64,000 nt of DNA from a virus, in the IMG/VR virus record IMGVR_UViG_3300008108_007099, positions 1-64,000 of that record; one strand, written 5' to 3'. This document shows positions 42,001 through 51,226 of the stretch, in pieces (within the stretch, counting starts at the first letter, position 1; the number at the start of each line of letters is the position of its first letter). Both the position numbers and the translations under genes were made by a program. Under the pieces are notes generated by a model. That model did not search any database and was not told the DNA's origin. It worked only from the letters and a program-made list of their open reading frames with translations.

Positions 42001-42913
42001 TGGCATAGCATCTGGCGGAATCGTAGGAGAAATGATTGCCGACAACGCAATCACAACAAATGATATTGCATCGGGACAAGTGACAGGCGCTAAAATTGCC
42101 GCTACCACTGTAGCAAATGCAAATCTCGTAAACAGTGCTGTTACAATAGCCGGTTCTTCTACGGCACTTGGTGCAAGCTGGGCCGCAGCAGCCCTAACAA
42201 CAGCCAGTGGTCTTCTAGCCGGCACATACTATCCATCAGGTGCTCTGACCATCGGCATAGCCTCTGGCGGAATTACGAGCGAACTAATTGCAGATAATGC
42301 GGTTGGAACTAATGAAATTAGTAACGGATCAGTTACTAATGCCAAATTGCAAAATAGCGCAGTCACGATTGCTGGCTCATCTACTTCTCTCGGCGGTAGC
42401 TGGGCGGCTCAAGCTCTTACAACAGCAAGCGGACTAGCAGCAGGAACATACTATCCATCAGGCGCTTTGACGATAGGTATTGCTACAGCCGGTGTTGTAA
42501 CTGCCATGATTGCTTCTGGCGCAGTTGGTAGCAACCAAATAGCTTCTGGCGCTGTCGGCGAACTACAGATGTCCAACACAGTTGCCAACAAGACAATTAT
42601 TGGCGATATTCAGACAATAAGTGCCCAAACAGGCGCTTACACGTTAGCATCTGGTGACGCCGGTAAACTAATTACAGTTAATGCAGCTGGCGCAACCATA
42701 GTCACAATACCAACAAACGCTACTGTACCTTTTGCGGTTGGATCACACATCGACTTCATTCAGCTTGGTGCTGGACAGGTCACAATTAGCGGCAATACTG
42801 GTGTAACCATAAATTACACTCCCGGCAACAAGCTTAGAACCCAATACGCTGGTGCTTCTGTAATCAAGATTGCCACAGATACTTGGTGTTTAGTTGGCGA
42901 TATTTCAACATAA
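36035..42913 (+). CDS. Giant fibre-like repeat protein (2292 aa)
   Basis: Many TIAGSSTALGGSWAA.ALTTASGL.AGTYYPSG modules; Gly-rich beta-roll-like block at ~41020-41570; C-terminal YTL...DAGKLI...F.VG..I...QLGAGQVT domain typical of phage fibre tips. Confidence 0.75.
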   Translation: MAVYTLQQFNDAVAAVCPITGVTVSGNGVLGYFPAAGATSGQLSAANGVVATYSGQVTSGTPQGPVASGSFNAAILFSGTVVSPNMGSGSILSNSIGSGAVTSPKLDVGAVGANAIASGAITSGKLADNAVFGNMVASGAITANKLGIASVMNLNLSSGSITNDKLVNSTVTIAGSSTALGGSWAAQSLTAASGLSSVTYYPSGTAIFGIASGGIVAQMMGSGSVTTNAIASGSITANLLASGAVTDIVGSGSVTSGDVGIGAINNLNIASGTISNDKLVNSAVTINGASTALGGSYNNSTLTLGAGLAGGSYNGSGAVTASVASGGITSQMLADSAVASGDVAIGAINNQNIASGTVANDKLTNNSVTIAGSSTALGGSWAAQSLVHASGLSAVTYYPSGSAVVGIASGGIVAQMMGSGSVTANAIASGSVTADALASGAISAIVGSGAITSGDLGLGAVNNLNVASGTLSNDKLVNSSVTIAGSSTALGGSWAASALTTASGLLAGTYYPSGSLTIGIASGGITSELLADGSVNTNDIASGAVGTNQIASGAITGTSISSGAITGANIASGTITGSKLAAATVQNANLANSSINIAALNVPLGGSWTPQALTTASGLLAGTFYVSGALTIGIASGGITSQLIADGAVNTNDIASGAVGTNQIASGAVTGTNIAATTVANANLVNSAVTIAGSSTSLGGSWAAQSLVHASGLSAVTYYPSGSAVVGIASGGIVAQMMGSGSVTANAIASGSVTADALASGAISAIVGSGAITSGDLGIGAVNNLNIASGTVANDKLANSTVTIAGSSTSLGGSWAAAALTTASGLAAGTYYPSGALTIGIATNGVVTAMIASGAVGTNQIASGAVTGTNIAATTVANANLVNSAVTIAGSSTSLGGSWAAAALTTSSGLLAGTYYPSGALTIGLASGGITSQLIADGAVGTNELATSAVTNDKITSGTVANDKLANSSVTIAGSSTALGGSWAAQSLTAASGLSSVTYYPSGSAVIGIASGGIVAQMMGSGSVTTNAIASGSVTTNALASGAISAIVGSGAITSGDLGIATVNNLNIVSGTISNDKLVNSSITINGASTALGGSYANAALTLGTGLTGGSYNGSGAVTAAIASGGITNEMIADNAITTNDIASGQVTGAKIAATTVANANLVNSAVTIAGSSTALGGSWAAAALTTASGLAAGTYYPSGALTIGIATAGVVNAMIASGAVTGTSIAASTVANANLVNSAVTIAGSSTSLGGSWAAQALTTASGLLAGTYYPSGALTIGLASGGITSQLIADGAVGTNELATSAVTNDKITSGTVANDKLANSTVTIAGSSTALGGSWAAQSLTAASGLSAVTYYPSGAAVIGIASGGIIAQMMGSGSVTANAIASGSVTANALASGAISAIVGSGAITSGDLGIGAINNLNISSGTISNDKLANSSITINGASTALGGSYANAALTLGTGLTGGSYNGSGAVTAAIASGGITGEMIADNAITTNDIASGQVTGAKIAASTVANANLANSTITIAGSSTALGASWAAAALTTSSGLTAGTYYPSGALTIGIASGGIVAQMMGSGSVLSGAIGSGQIGPNHLSSGISVTTATKISIEGTNASGLYPVVFTSGIASSNQAYSCSGLFYNPALRSLDIVCYLSGGTTGGVSIFPGNNGTATIVGQNAARNGASTGAFSTIIGRDALASGSSEANSVIIGYRAAWGSQGTGDNVIIGKEAAANAVGTSLSVLIGDSVASRGFGNGTFGNVAIGAAAGTTADGVLMYESVHVGRQAGSAGPALASGTSGGSNIYLGAYTMRGSDGGRWNEIVIGCNMSGLGTNTITMGRTDTASGRIYGNINFPYGISFPSGGITSGGVFTASLGSGLVRSGAISSGQIGINHLAAGAWSANQVLGQDGAGNLDWITPTTTVNSGGITSGMLGIASVNNINIVSGTISNDKLANSAVTIAGSSTSLGGSWAAQALIHASGLSAVTYYPSGQAVVGIASGGIVGEMIADNAITTNDIASGQVTGAKIAATTVANANLVNSAVTIAGSSTALGASWAAAALTTASGLLAGTYYPSGALTIGIASGGITSELIADNAVGTNEISNGSVTNAKLQNSAVTIAGSSTSLGGSWAAQALTTASGLAAGTYYPSGALTIGIATAGVVTAMIASGAVGSNQIASGAVGELQMSNTVANKTIIGDIQTISAQTGAYTLASGDAGKLITVNAAGATIVTIPTNATVPFAVGSHIDFIQLGAGQVTISGNTGVTINYTPGNKLRTQYAGASVIKIATDTWCLVGDIST

Positions 42914-42958
42914 TTAACTATATTATGGTAATTCGTAGGAGAAAGCGGTAGATTTAAA

Positions 42959-45193
42959 ATGCGTAGAGTAATGATATATTCGAGGCCTCAATTCACCTCT
43001 ACCCCTACGCCCACAGCTTCTCCTACGCCATCGCCTTCTCCATCTGCAACACCTGAACCAACGCCAGTTGCCTTAAATGCATTTTTGTACGGTTGGGGCG
43101 GCAACGGATACGGCCAACTTGGAAATAACACTTCTACTGATACCAGATTTGCTGTGCAAACTGTGATGTCATCCAATTTCTGGAATACAGTTTCTGATAC
43201 TATTGACGGCAGCACATATGCAATTAAGACCGATCTAAGCATGTGGACATTTGGCTACAACGCATACGGTCAATTGGGCGACAATACAACTACAGTCAGA
43301 AGTTCTCCAGTACAAGTAACGGGAAGCAACACCAACTGGGTAAACGTTAACGGCGGATTAAATCACGTTATTGGCATTAAGACGGACGGCACTTTATGGA
43401 CTTGGGGTCAGCTGTGGGAAATAGCAAATGCTGGCCAAACCCATACTTTAGGTCTTGCAGCAAACAATACTCTATGGGCATGGGGCGGAAACGCCTACGG
43501 GGAACTTGGTACATCATCTACTAACAGTGCTTTAACGCCTGTACAGATTGGTACATCTACGGCTTGGAAGTATATAACAGCTGGATTCCAGAATTCTTAT
43601 GCTGTTAAAACAGATGGTTCACTGTGGGGCTGGGGCAGAAACAATCTTGGCCAGCTTGGTCAAAACAATGTAACCAACCTTAGCAGCATGGTTCAGATTG
43701 GGACTGGCAACTGGGTAAGCATAGCTGCCGGCGGTGGTTTTATGCTAGGCGTTAAAAATGATGGCACTATGTGGTCAGTTGGCGATAATACTTTTGGACA
43801 GTTGGGAATTGGATCTAGTACAACTGCATTTAGTAGCATAACACAAGTTACCGTTGGATCTACATCTTGGTCTAGCGTGAGCGCAGGTTATCAATTCGGC
43901 GTTGCGTTGCAGAAAAATGGCACGATATGGACATTTGGAAGAAACCTCTATAGTGCTTTGGGCAATATTGCAAGTTTTGGTTCTACCAGCATAAACACAC
44001 CAGAACAAGTAACTACTACAGGCCTTTCATGGGTTTCAGTGGTTGCAGGCGGATATCATGTAAGTGCCCTAACATTAAGCACTCCTATACCAACAAGCAG
44101 TCCTGCTCCAACACAGGTTCCTACCGCTACAGCTACACCAGCTCCAACATCGAGTCCGGCTCCCACTCCATCTGTTACGCCAGTGCCAACAGCAAGTGCA
44201 ACTCCTGCTCCATCTGCAAGTGCAACACCAGCACCAACTGCAAGCCGTACACCAACACCAACGGCAAGCCCTGTTCCTACGAATACAGCAACACCGGCTC
44301 CAACCGCAAGTGTTACACCGAATCCGACACCGTCGCCGACTTCATTGCCTGCTCCAAGTCCAACTATAGATCCTACTGGCACTACCGTAGAATTGTGCTT
44401 TACAGACGCAGTGACAAGAGTAAATGGCGATATTGGAGCAATTACCTTCTCAGGATTTAATCCTGCATATGGCACCCTATCTGTTGCCTCATATAATTCC
44501 GGCAGCGGTACCTCATGTCTGATTTATGGTTTGAATCGACCTGCATACAGTGATGAAACAGCTATTACTATATCTTATGATTCATCTAACTGCTATCTTG
44601 CAAGGCTAAGTCCTTATCAATGTTTGCCGACCTACAACCTTGTGCCTGTAAATAATACCTCTACCAAGGCACCACCCACACCTACACCAACGCCGTCAAG
44701 AAGTCCTTCTCCGACACCATCGAGAAGTCCTTCGCCAACTCCTTCGCCTTCGCCATCTGCAAGTGCGGCAGCTACGGCCACACCAACGCCTTCACCATCT
44801 GCTACAGGTGGCAGCCCAACTCCCACACCTACAGGATTCGCAGGCTGCTACTCGCAAGATGCTACCGGACTAATGGATGTAACAGCAACTACATATGGAT
44901 TTGACTTTAGCAACCAGTTTACCAAGGGAAGTTCTACATTCTTATTTACGGTACTTGCTGATTGCAATGATATAACATTTACAGTGTTTGTCGATAATCA
45001 GAGTGGCACTGGTGATGTTAAGATAGTTGCGCCAAACGGTGCTGAAACTTTAGTTGGAACTGGCACTACTGGATGCCAGCACTTTACAGGCGTCCAACAG
45101 GGAGAAACTGTAGCCGTAGGTAAAGGCACAGCCGGTGCTACATACGGCGCTGGTACAGTCACAGGCTACATAGTAACTGGCGGCGGTTGTTAA
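42959..45193 (+). CDS. RCC1-repeat protein with S/T/P linkers and C-terminal Cys-containing domains
   Basis: WGxNxYGQLG/SSPVQ blades, TPAPTAS linkers, ends TGGGC*. Confidence 0.8.
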   Translation: MRRVMIYSRPQFTSTPTPTASPTPSPSPSATPEPTPVALNAFLYGWGGNGYGQLGNNTSTDTRFAVQTVMSSNFWNTVSDTIDGSTYAIKTDLSMWTFGYNAYGQLGDNTTTVRSSPVQVTGSNTNWVNVNGGLNHVIGIKTDGTLWTWGQLWEIANAGQTHTLGLAANNTLWAWGGNAYGELGTSSTNSALTPVQIGTSTAWKYITAGFQNSYAVKTDGSLWGWGRNNLGQLGQNNVTNLSSMVQIGTGNWVSIAAGGGFMLGVKNDGTMWSVGDNTFGQLGIGSSTTAFSSITQVTVGSTSWSSVSAGYQFGVALQKNGTIWTFGRNLYSALGNIASFGSTSINTPEQVTTTGLSWVSVVAGGYHVSALTLSTPIPTSSPAPTQVPTATATPAPTSSPAPTPSVTPVPTASATPAPSASATPAPTASRTPTPTASPVPTNTATPAPTASVTPNPTPSPTSLPAPSPTIDPTGTTVELCFTDAVTRVNGDIGAITFSGFNPAYGTLSVASYNSGSGTSCLIYGLNRPAYSDETAITISYDSSNCYLARLSPYQCLPTYNLVPVNNTSTKAPPTPTPTPSRSPSPTPSRSPSPTPSPSPSASAAATATPTPSPSATGGSPTPTPTGFAGCYSQDATGLMDVTATTYGFDFSNQFTKGSSTFLFTVLADCNDITFTVFVDNQSGTGDVKIVAPNGAETLVGTGTTGCQHFTGVQQGETVAVGKGTAGATYGAGTVTGYIVTGGGC

Positions 45194-45235
45194 TTACTAA
45201 AAACATACTATAATTCTTTATAAAGGAGAAATAGT

Positions 45236-45805
45236 ATGTTTTTTCATTTAGAAGCATTTCATGATAATGCAAAACAATTTTGTGAAATTATCTCGAAGTT
45301 AAATTTTGTTGATAATACTTTCGGTCAAGAAGTTAAAAATTTCAATCATAAGCCTGAAGAATTAGCACAAGCTTTGAGCCATATTCTTGGCCGCCAACTT
45401 ATTCACGCGGAAGAATCAGGCGTATATAGAAAACCTTTGCCTTTTATTCATTTCGAAAATTGGAATCCTCAAAGTGCTTTTAACGCGGCTATAGCTCTTG
45501 AAGATACCAAATTCTTCACTTACAGACATAAAGAAACTAATGTCTATAACGTATTGCAAATGCCTGATAAGAATTTGGACATGGATCAGTTTATAAAAGA
45601 TAATTCACAAAACTTTGACAATTGGGAAATTATAGCCGATATCAATCTAAAACAGGGAGATATGGTAGTTTTCCAGCCTTGGATTTGGCATAGCTTCCAA
45701 GAAGGTAATTTAATTCAAGTATTCAGTTTCAATCGCAATGATAAACCATTAATCGAGGTTCCGGAGAGCTATGAAACTCCCGATGGTATCGTCCCTCCCG
45801 CCTAA
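45236..45805 (+). CDS. Putative 2OG-Fe(II) oxygenase-like protein (DUF6445-like)
   Basis: FIHFE ... MVVFQPWIWHS ... IQVF pattern resembling jelly-roll oxygenases; AAGGAG SD. Confidence 0.5.
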   Translation: MFFHLEAFHDNAKQFCEIISKLNFVDNTFGQEVKNFNHKPEELAQALSHILGRQLIHAEESGVYRKPLPFIHFENWNPQSAFNAAIALEDTKFFTYRHKETNVYNVLQMPDKNLDMDQFIKDNSQNFDNWEIIADINLKQGDMVVFQPWIWHSFQEGNLIQVFSFNRNDKPLIEVPESYETPDGIVPPA

Positions 45806-46208
45806 CTTTAAAGAGTGCGGAGAGTGCCACAAATGCTGCGAAGGATGGGTGGGAGGAGATGCTTTTGGCGTTCCTTTTCACCCGCATAGACCATGTGCTT
45901 TTCATCAAGGAAAGTGCTTGGTTTATTCATTCAGGCCCGATGTTTGCAAGAAATTCTTCTGTGCATGGGCACAGGGACTTTTTCCAGACTGGATGCGTCC
46001 TGATTTGACTAATGTTCTCATTTCAATAGGCGATTGGAGCAAAGGTCAGTACCTTAAAATAATTTTATGTGACACACCGATGCCGCAAAATGTGGAAGAA
46101 GAGATTAAAAAGTTTATTAATTTGCATAAAACACCGTGCATGGTTCATGATAATGGGAAAACCGATTTATACGGACAGCCAGAATTTATCAAAGAATTTA
46201 CTCAGTAA
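45771..46208 (+). CDS. Cys-cluster protein (YkgJ/CxxCxxCC-like, Zn- or Fe-S-binding)
   Basis: CGECHKCC...C.F....CLVY..RP.VC..F.C.W motif. Confidence 0.7.
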   Translation: MKLPMVSSLPPNFKECGECHKCCEGWVGGDAFGVPFHPHRPCAFHQGKCLVYSFRPDVCKKFFCAWAQGLFPDWMRPDLTNVLISIGDWSKGQYLKIILCDTPMPQNVEEEIKKFINLHKTPCMVHDNGKTDLYGQPEFIKEFTQ

Positions 46209-46900
46209 ACCTTGCTGCAAATCCTTACTTCCTCTTCGGTTTTATCCCTGTTTACTATTGTAGACCCCTCAGAAACATCGTACGCGAACAAACCAAGTTG
46301 CACCTGAGTGTATACATCAGCGCGCATAAAAACATCAATGCTACGAGTGACGCCACTAGCTATAACATTAGCCATTAACCTTCGCGCTATAAAAGGGTCT
46401 ACAGAATAAGCATGCGCCTTGTATAAACAATTTAATCCTTCCCATTTTAAATGGACCGGCACGGGTGCTATTTGTAACTTACCTTGCTGCTGTTCTTCAC
46501 AGCCCAAATATATAATTGCATTTAATGCCGGATGCTCAGTAAATGGCTTTACCATAACTGCATCATGTTCTAAAATTACAATTGGTTCATCGAGTTCGAT
46601 ACACTTAGCCCACAATGACACATGCCCTAAAAATGCAGCTACTTCGCCATTTTTAAGAGCACTATTTGGACACTTTATCCATTTCAACCACGGTTCGTTT
46701 TCCAAGTGTTTAGGAGCAATAATTCCTTCGCCTGTGCCGTCAAAACCATTCCACAGCACGTATTTTTGTCCGACTTCTTCGCAAGATTTTACACAGCGCT
46801 TAGTCATCCTTTCGGATTGAGCGTTTCCCGGCAATGTTAAAATATAAGCCTTATCTACTTTTACGTTATAGGCGTAAGATAAACTTTCTCTCATGTTCAT
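46202..46900 (-). CDS. GT25-like glycosyltransferase
   Basis: FDG...GEVAAFLGHVSLWAKCIELDEPIVILEHDA...AHAY...ID. Start reassigned to 46900 (ATGA overlap). Confidence 0.75.
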   Translation of the reverse strand: MNMRESLSYAYNVKVDKAYILTLPGNAQSERMTKRCVKSCEEVGQKYVLWNGFDGTGEGIIAPKHLENEPWLKWIKCPNSALKNGEVAAFLGHVSLWAKCIELDEPIVILEHDAVMVKPFTEHPALNAIIYLGCEEQQQGKLQIAPVPVHLKWEGLNCLYKAHAYSVDPFIARRLMANVIASGVTRSIDVFMRADVYTQVQLGLFAYDVSEGSTIVNRDKTEEEVRICSKVY

Positions 46901-47580
46901 TCTTTGGTTTTCCTTAATTCCGGAATAGTAGTTTGGCCCGGTACATCCATCGCAAATATGCCAAAGCAAAGAAAACTGCAACGGTTCAAGCTCATCATGC
47001 AATCGGCTGAGGTGTGTATTCCTCTCTCTAACACATGTGAAACTAAATTCTTAGCAGCGCACGGATCAATACTGTAAGCGTGCGTTCTAAGTAAGTGTCT
47101 ATAGTCTTTATTAAGTTGCGCATGAGGAGGAATTATACTCCAAAAGTTATTTCTAACCATCTCTTGACATCCGAGATATATAATACTATTTATGGCCATA
47201 TGATGGGTAAATTTTTGCAACATTACCGCGTCATGTTCCAACGCAATTAACGGTTTATCTAATTCTATACAACGGCACCACAAGCTAAAGTGACTGAGCA
47301 AGCAACAAACTTCTTGAGGTGTCAATTCATGATTTATTTGCTTTAACCAAGAAAGCCAAGTTTTTTCCTGAGCATGCGGAGGGACAACTATTCCCTGCAT
47401 CATATTTCCAGTGCCATCAAAAGCATCCCAGTATTCAGCTTTCTGGCCAACCTTTAGGCACGAATCCATACACCTTCGTGCCATTTTTTCGCTTAGATCG
47501 TGGTTTCTGATACGTATGATGTACGCATTCTCCACTTCGGGATTGTGCGACCAAGACAGAGTTTTGTTTAATACTTTCAT
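46897..47580 (-). CDS. GT25-like glycosyltransferase (paralog)
   Basis: AFDG...QEVCCLLSHFSLWCRCIELDKPLIALEHDA...THAY...AD. Confidence 0.75.
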   Translation of the reverse strand: MKVLNKTLSWSHNPEVENAYIIRIRNHDLSEKMARRCMDSCLKVGQKAEYWDAFDGTGNMMQGIVVPPHAQEKTWLSWLKQINHELTPQEVCCLLSHFSLWCRCIELDKPLIALEHDAVMLQKFTHHMAINSIIYLGCQEMVRNNFWSIIPPHAQLNKDYRHLLRTHAYSIDPCAAKNLVSHVLERGIHTSADCMMSLNRCSFLCFGIFAMDVPGQTTIPELRKTKE

Positions 47581-47581
47581 A

Positions 47582-48376
47582 TTAATATTTTAGGTTAAAT
47601 TGATTGTAATGAGATTCCAAAAAAGATCCCAACACTTCTTTGGCTGGCCTGCTTGTTTTGCTCAAATTCTTTCTTATATCATGAAGATTTTTAAGCCCCC
47701 AAGCAGCGTCTTTTTCTTCAGCGCAATAATTATGAATATTATCAAATTGATGATCTGCAAATTCATCTATTTCTAAAAATTTATACATATTGCGCAAAAC
47801 GTTTTTAGGATTTTTGATTAAATCATCATATTCAACAATGAACAAATTACTCAAGCAGTTTTTTATGCCATGGGTCATGCTATTGTAAGGGTCGGATACA
47901 TAATTTTCCCAAAGTATTTTTGCGCGGTTGGCAGTATTAACAGGCAATCCTTTATTGCGCAATTCAATATCTACAAAATTATTTGGGTCAGAATTCTTTT
48001 CAATCAGTGCAATGTAGCTTGTTAAAATATCAGCTACTGGTCTATTAGTGCAAATAATTTTCGGATTAGGATCGAAGAAAATTCTTAACGGAACAATATT
48101 TTTTGGATAACCTCTATGCTTATCTAAAATGTAAGGAGTTGTTATGTTTTCATAAAAACCGGATATTAAAGCCTTATAGATATTTTTTGATATAGTATGA
48201 TAATCAAATGTATATGTCTTGTTCACCATATCTAAAGCGCCATTTGTGGCGCAAAGAAGATCAAGAATTGGACTAGTTGGTGTTACTGTAAATCTTGTAT
48301 CTTGACCAATAAGACTTCCTAAAAGCGTAGATCCGCTTCTCGGTAATCCAGATAAGAAGAAAACTTTTTTATTCAC
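47582..48376 (-). CDS. Sulfotransferase
   Basis: 5'-PSB loop FLSGLPRSGSTLL, DK.R, 3'-PB-like R...DILTS, and VEYDDL...P. Confidence 0.85.
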   Translation of the reverse strand: MNKKVFFLSGLPRSGSTLLGSLIGQDTRFTVTPTSPILDLLCATNGALDMVNKTYTFDYHTISKNIYKALISGFYENITTPYILDKHRGYPKNIVPLRIFFDPNPKIICTNRPVADILTSYIALIEKNSDPNNFVDIELRNKGLPVNTANRAKILWENYVSDPYNSMTHGIKNCLSNLFIVEYDDLIKNPKNVLRNMYKFLEIDEFADHQFDNIHNYCAEEKDAAWGLKNLHDIRKNLSKTSRPAKEVLGSFLESHYNQFNLKY

Positions 48377-49727
48377 TTTTCAAACCTAAAGTTTTTACTA
48401 CCAATTGCTTTAGTTCTGTCGCGACATCACTCCAAATTTTAGGAGTTTTTTGTCTCAACAAAGTCATGTTTTTACCAAACCAAGGAGTTTTATCATTTTT
48501 AGTGTTGAAAATGTAATAGTCTGAGCAGGGAGTAAGAACAATACACTTTTTGTTTAATGCTCCTGCTATGGTTGAACTGACTGTCGGACATGTGATTGTG
48601 AGATCGAATGAATTTATGTAGTCCGCCATATCTGACAAACTATCCAACTCTCCTGACAAATCAACTATTTCTGGATAGTTTGCTAATTCATCCATGCATT
48701 CATTTTTTTGAATACTATAGAAGGTAACATCTAGGTCTTTCAGAGCCTCGTAAATTTCGGCAAGTTTAAAGTTTCTATAACGCGGATTAGGATTGCCGGC
48801 CCACCTAAGTCCTATTTTCTTTTTGCCCTTAAGTCTCTTTTTACCAGCTTTTAAATATGGACCTGTCCATAAATCTTTTTCATTTAAAGATAAAAGTATT
48901 GGCAAATACTGTGAGTATGTCCATTTGTAATCAGCGTATTTTTCTGGATCGAATTTAGTAATTATACTAAATCCATTTTTTTCATAGAATTCTGGGAGAC
49001 CTTTTCTGCCCTCTTTTTCGGCATTTTCGTAAAAGACATTGTATAGCTTTGGGTTTATCCCCATGTCTTTTAGATTATTTAAAAATCTTATGTTGATTAT
49101 CTCATCGCCTAGTCCAGCCTCAAGATATACAATCAAATTTTTGCAATCAGGAGTGCCTTCCCAGAACTCTAGCGGCAATTCAGTCCTGTTATGATATCTT
49201 CCATTTCTTTCTAGTCTTTGCACTTCATCTTTAGACATTATTACATGCTTCAACCCGTCTTTGAAATTTCCATTTCTAAGTAAATGGTGCGAAATACATG
49301 CATCATATTTTATTTGTTCAAAATTATTCAAATCTTTTCTGTCTATACTTTTGAGAACTTGGTAAGATTCTTCTTTTTGATTATTGTCATATAAGCAATT
49401 GGCTTTTTCAAACAATATTGCATTTACCGCTGATGAGTCGTTGACACTTGAAAGTATTTCCAACGCTTTTTCAAAATCATTTTCAATTTTGTAAGCTTGG
49501 TACAAAATAAAATTAATTGAAGACTTTTGTTCTTCCGGCAATTCTTCTAAAGCTTTATTTCCATGAAAAATACAAGCTTGCATGTCATTTTGATTAAAAA
49601 ACAGTTCAGTCAATAATGCATGCTCTAAAGGCTTGAACGCGCTTTTAGATAAAACTTTCAAAATATCGTTTAGCAATTCTTCTTCGCCGAAAATTTTAAG
49701 AGTGCGAAGAACAGCATATACATCCAT
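48369..49727 (-). CDS. TPR-like repeats plus GT9-like (GT-B) glycosyltransferase domain
   Basis: Helical N-terminal half; WEG...LIVYLEAGLGDEI..RF; KIGLRWAGNP; DLTIT...AGAL; TPWF..MTLLRQ. Confidence 0.75.
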   Translation of the reverse strand: MDVYAVLRTLKIFGEEELLNDILKVLSKSAFKPLEHALLTELFFNQNDMQACIFHGNKALEELPEEQKSSINFILYQAYKIENDFEKALEILSSVNDSSAVNAILFEKANCLYDNNQKEESYQVLKSIDRKDLNNFEQIKYDACISHHLLRNGNFKDGLKHVIMSKDEVQRLERNGRYHNRTELPLEFWEGTPDCKNLIVYLEAGLGDEIINIRFLNNLKDMGINPKLYNVFYENAEKEGRKGLPEFYEKNGFSIITKFDPEKYADYKWTYSQYLPILLSLNEKDLWTGPYLKAGKKRLKGKKKIGLRWAGNPNPRYRNFKLAEIYEALKDLDVTFYSIQKNECMDELANYPEIVDLSGELDSLSDMADYINSFDLTITCPTVSSTIAGALNKKCIVLTPCSDYYIFNTKNDKTPWFGKNMTLLRQKTPKIWSDVATELKQLVVKTLGLKSE

Positions 49728-51226
49728 TACTTAGTAATCCCTTTTTCTTTAAGAACTTCGCCTAGCTGAACCATAGCCTCGTCCCAAACGCGAGGAGATT
49801 TCTGTCGGACCAAAGTGACATTATCTCCATACCAATGTGTTTTATCTCCAACTTGGCACCACAAATAATATGCACTAATTGGCACCATAACTATTACTTC
49901 TTTGCCTTGGCTGGCAGCCATATGCGCAATGCTAGTGCAACTTGTAATTACCAAATCCAAATTGCTTATCAAAGCGAAAGTATCTTCCAAAGTTTCAAGT
50001 TTGTCTTCCAGATTAACCAGTCCGGGGAAATCCGGCAATTCTTCAATGCCGTCATGCTTTTGTAGACTATAAAAGTCTGCGTCAACGTCCTTCAAAACTT
50101 TATGCAACTGCTTCAACGGATATGAACGATGCAGGTCATGCTCATAGTGCTTGCTACCGCGCCATCGCAGTCCAATTTTGAGCTTCTTGCCTTTAAGCTT
50201 CCATTTCTTCTTGAACTCAGGAGATGCAGACAGGTATGGACCGTACCACAAATCCTTATACTGACAATTTAGATATATTGGCAGCCGCATGGACAAAGTC
50301 CAATATACATCCTTAATACCAGACTTCTTTACTTCACTCAAATCTTCAATTACTGGAATATTGTTCTTTTGCAAAATTTGAGTTAAACCAACACGATCGT
50401 TCTTGTCCCTGTCAGACTGTGTCGCGGTATACCAATAAGCGTTTATGCCTCTGTCTTTGAGATGCTTCATAAATCTGCTATTTATGATCTCATCGCCAAT
50501 TCCGGCTTCGCCATACACAATCAAATTCTTACAGTCAGGACTGCCTTCCCAAAATGTAAAACCAAGTTTTTTATTTCTTTCTTGCAAAGCTTCGGCTTGC
50601 CAAAGCTTCATCTTCGCGCCTTCTAACATAAAATTACGAAGACCTTCTTGGAACCTGTCTTCGTAAAGATAGTATGTTCCTAAATTGAACTTAATTTTTA
50701 TCTTGGTCTCATCATCAAGTTCATCAGCGTGATTAAACAGAGCATCTTCTAGAATATTTTTAGCTTCTGGTTTGCGTTCGAGAAGGTAAAGGCTGTATGC
50801 CTTGTCTAATGCTAAATTAACAGAAGGCGTAAATTTTTCCTGAATCTTGATATAAGCCATTGCCTTTTCAGGATAATTGCATCGGTTGTAAATGTTAATT
50901 AAATTACTTCGAAGAACATTTGTAAACTCATTGGCTGGAGATATGGCAATCGCCTTTTCTCCAGTTCTCATAGCACCATGCCAATTCTTAAGTTTAAAAT
51001 AACACTTGCTTACATTTTCTAATTGAAAAAATGTGCGAGAGTTTTTCTCAAAAGCGCCTACAACTCTATCTGCCAACTCTGGTTCGCCTAGTTTTTCCAA
51101 AGTTACAATAAATGGCTCCAAATCATTTATTCCCATATTATCCTGCTGCATAGCAGGATTCATTTGCTGCTGTTGAGGCAAATTTGGGTATGGAGGAGGA
51201 GTTCTGGGGAATTGACCTTCGTTCAT
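49727..51226 (-). CDS. TPR-like repeats plus GT9-like glycosyltransferase domain (paralog)
   Basis: EAGIGDEI, KIGLRWRGS, RSYPL, LDLVITSCTSIAHMAA, WYGDNVTLVRQ. Confidence 0.8.
   Translation of the reverse strand: MNEGQFPRTPPPYPNLPQQQQMNPAMQQDNMGINDLEPFIVTLEKLGEPELADRVVGAFEKNSRTFFQLENVSKCYFKLKNWHGAMRTGEKAIAISPANEFTNVLRSNLINIYNRCNYPEKAMAYIKIQEKFTPSVNLALDKAYSLYLLERKPEAKNILEDALFNHADELDDETKIKIKFNLGTYYLYEDRFQEGLRNFMLEGAKMKLWQAEALQERNKKLGFTFWEGSPDCKNLIVYGEAGIGDEIINSRFMKHLKDRGINAYWYTATQSDRDKNDRVGLTQILQKNNIPVIEDLSEVKKSGIKDVYWTLSMRLPIYLNCQYKDLWYGPYLSASPEFKKKWKLKGKKLKIGLRWRGSKHYEHDLHRSYPLKQLHKVLKDVDADFYSLQKHDGIEELPDFPGLVNLEDKLETLEDTFALISNLDLVITSCTSIAHMAASQGKEVIVMVPISAYYLWCQVGDKTHWYGDNVTLVRQKSPRVWDEAMVQLGEVLKEKGITK

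Noticed and set aside
20261-42913. Collagen-like or ice-nucleation repeats
   Set aside because: Periodicity is 5/10 residues, not Gly-X-Y or the AGYGST octamer.
1413-44826. Many antisense and alternative-frame ORFs (GLGVG-rich, MPL/PEA-rich)
   Set aside because: Shadows of the low-complexity + strand repeat genes; they mirror repeat periodicity and show no independent coding signal.
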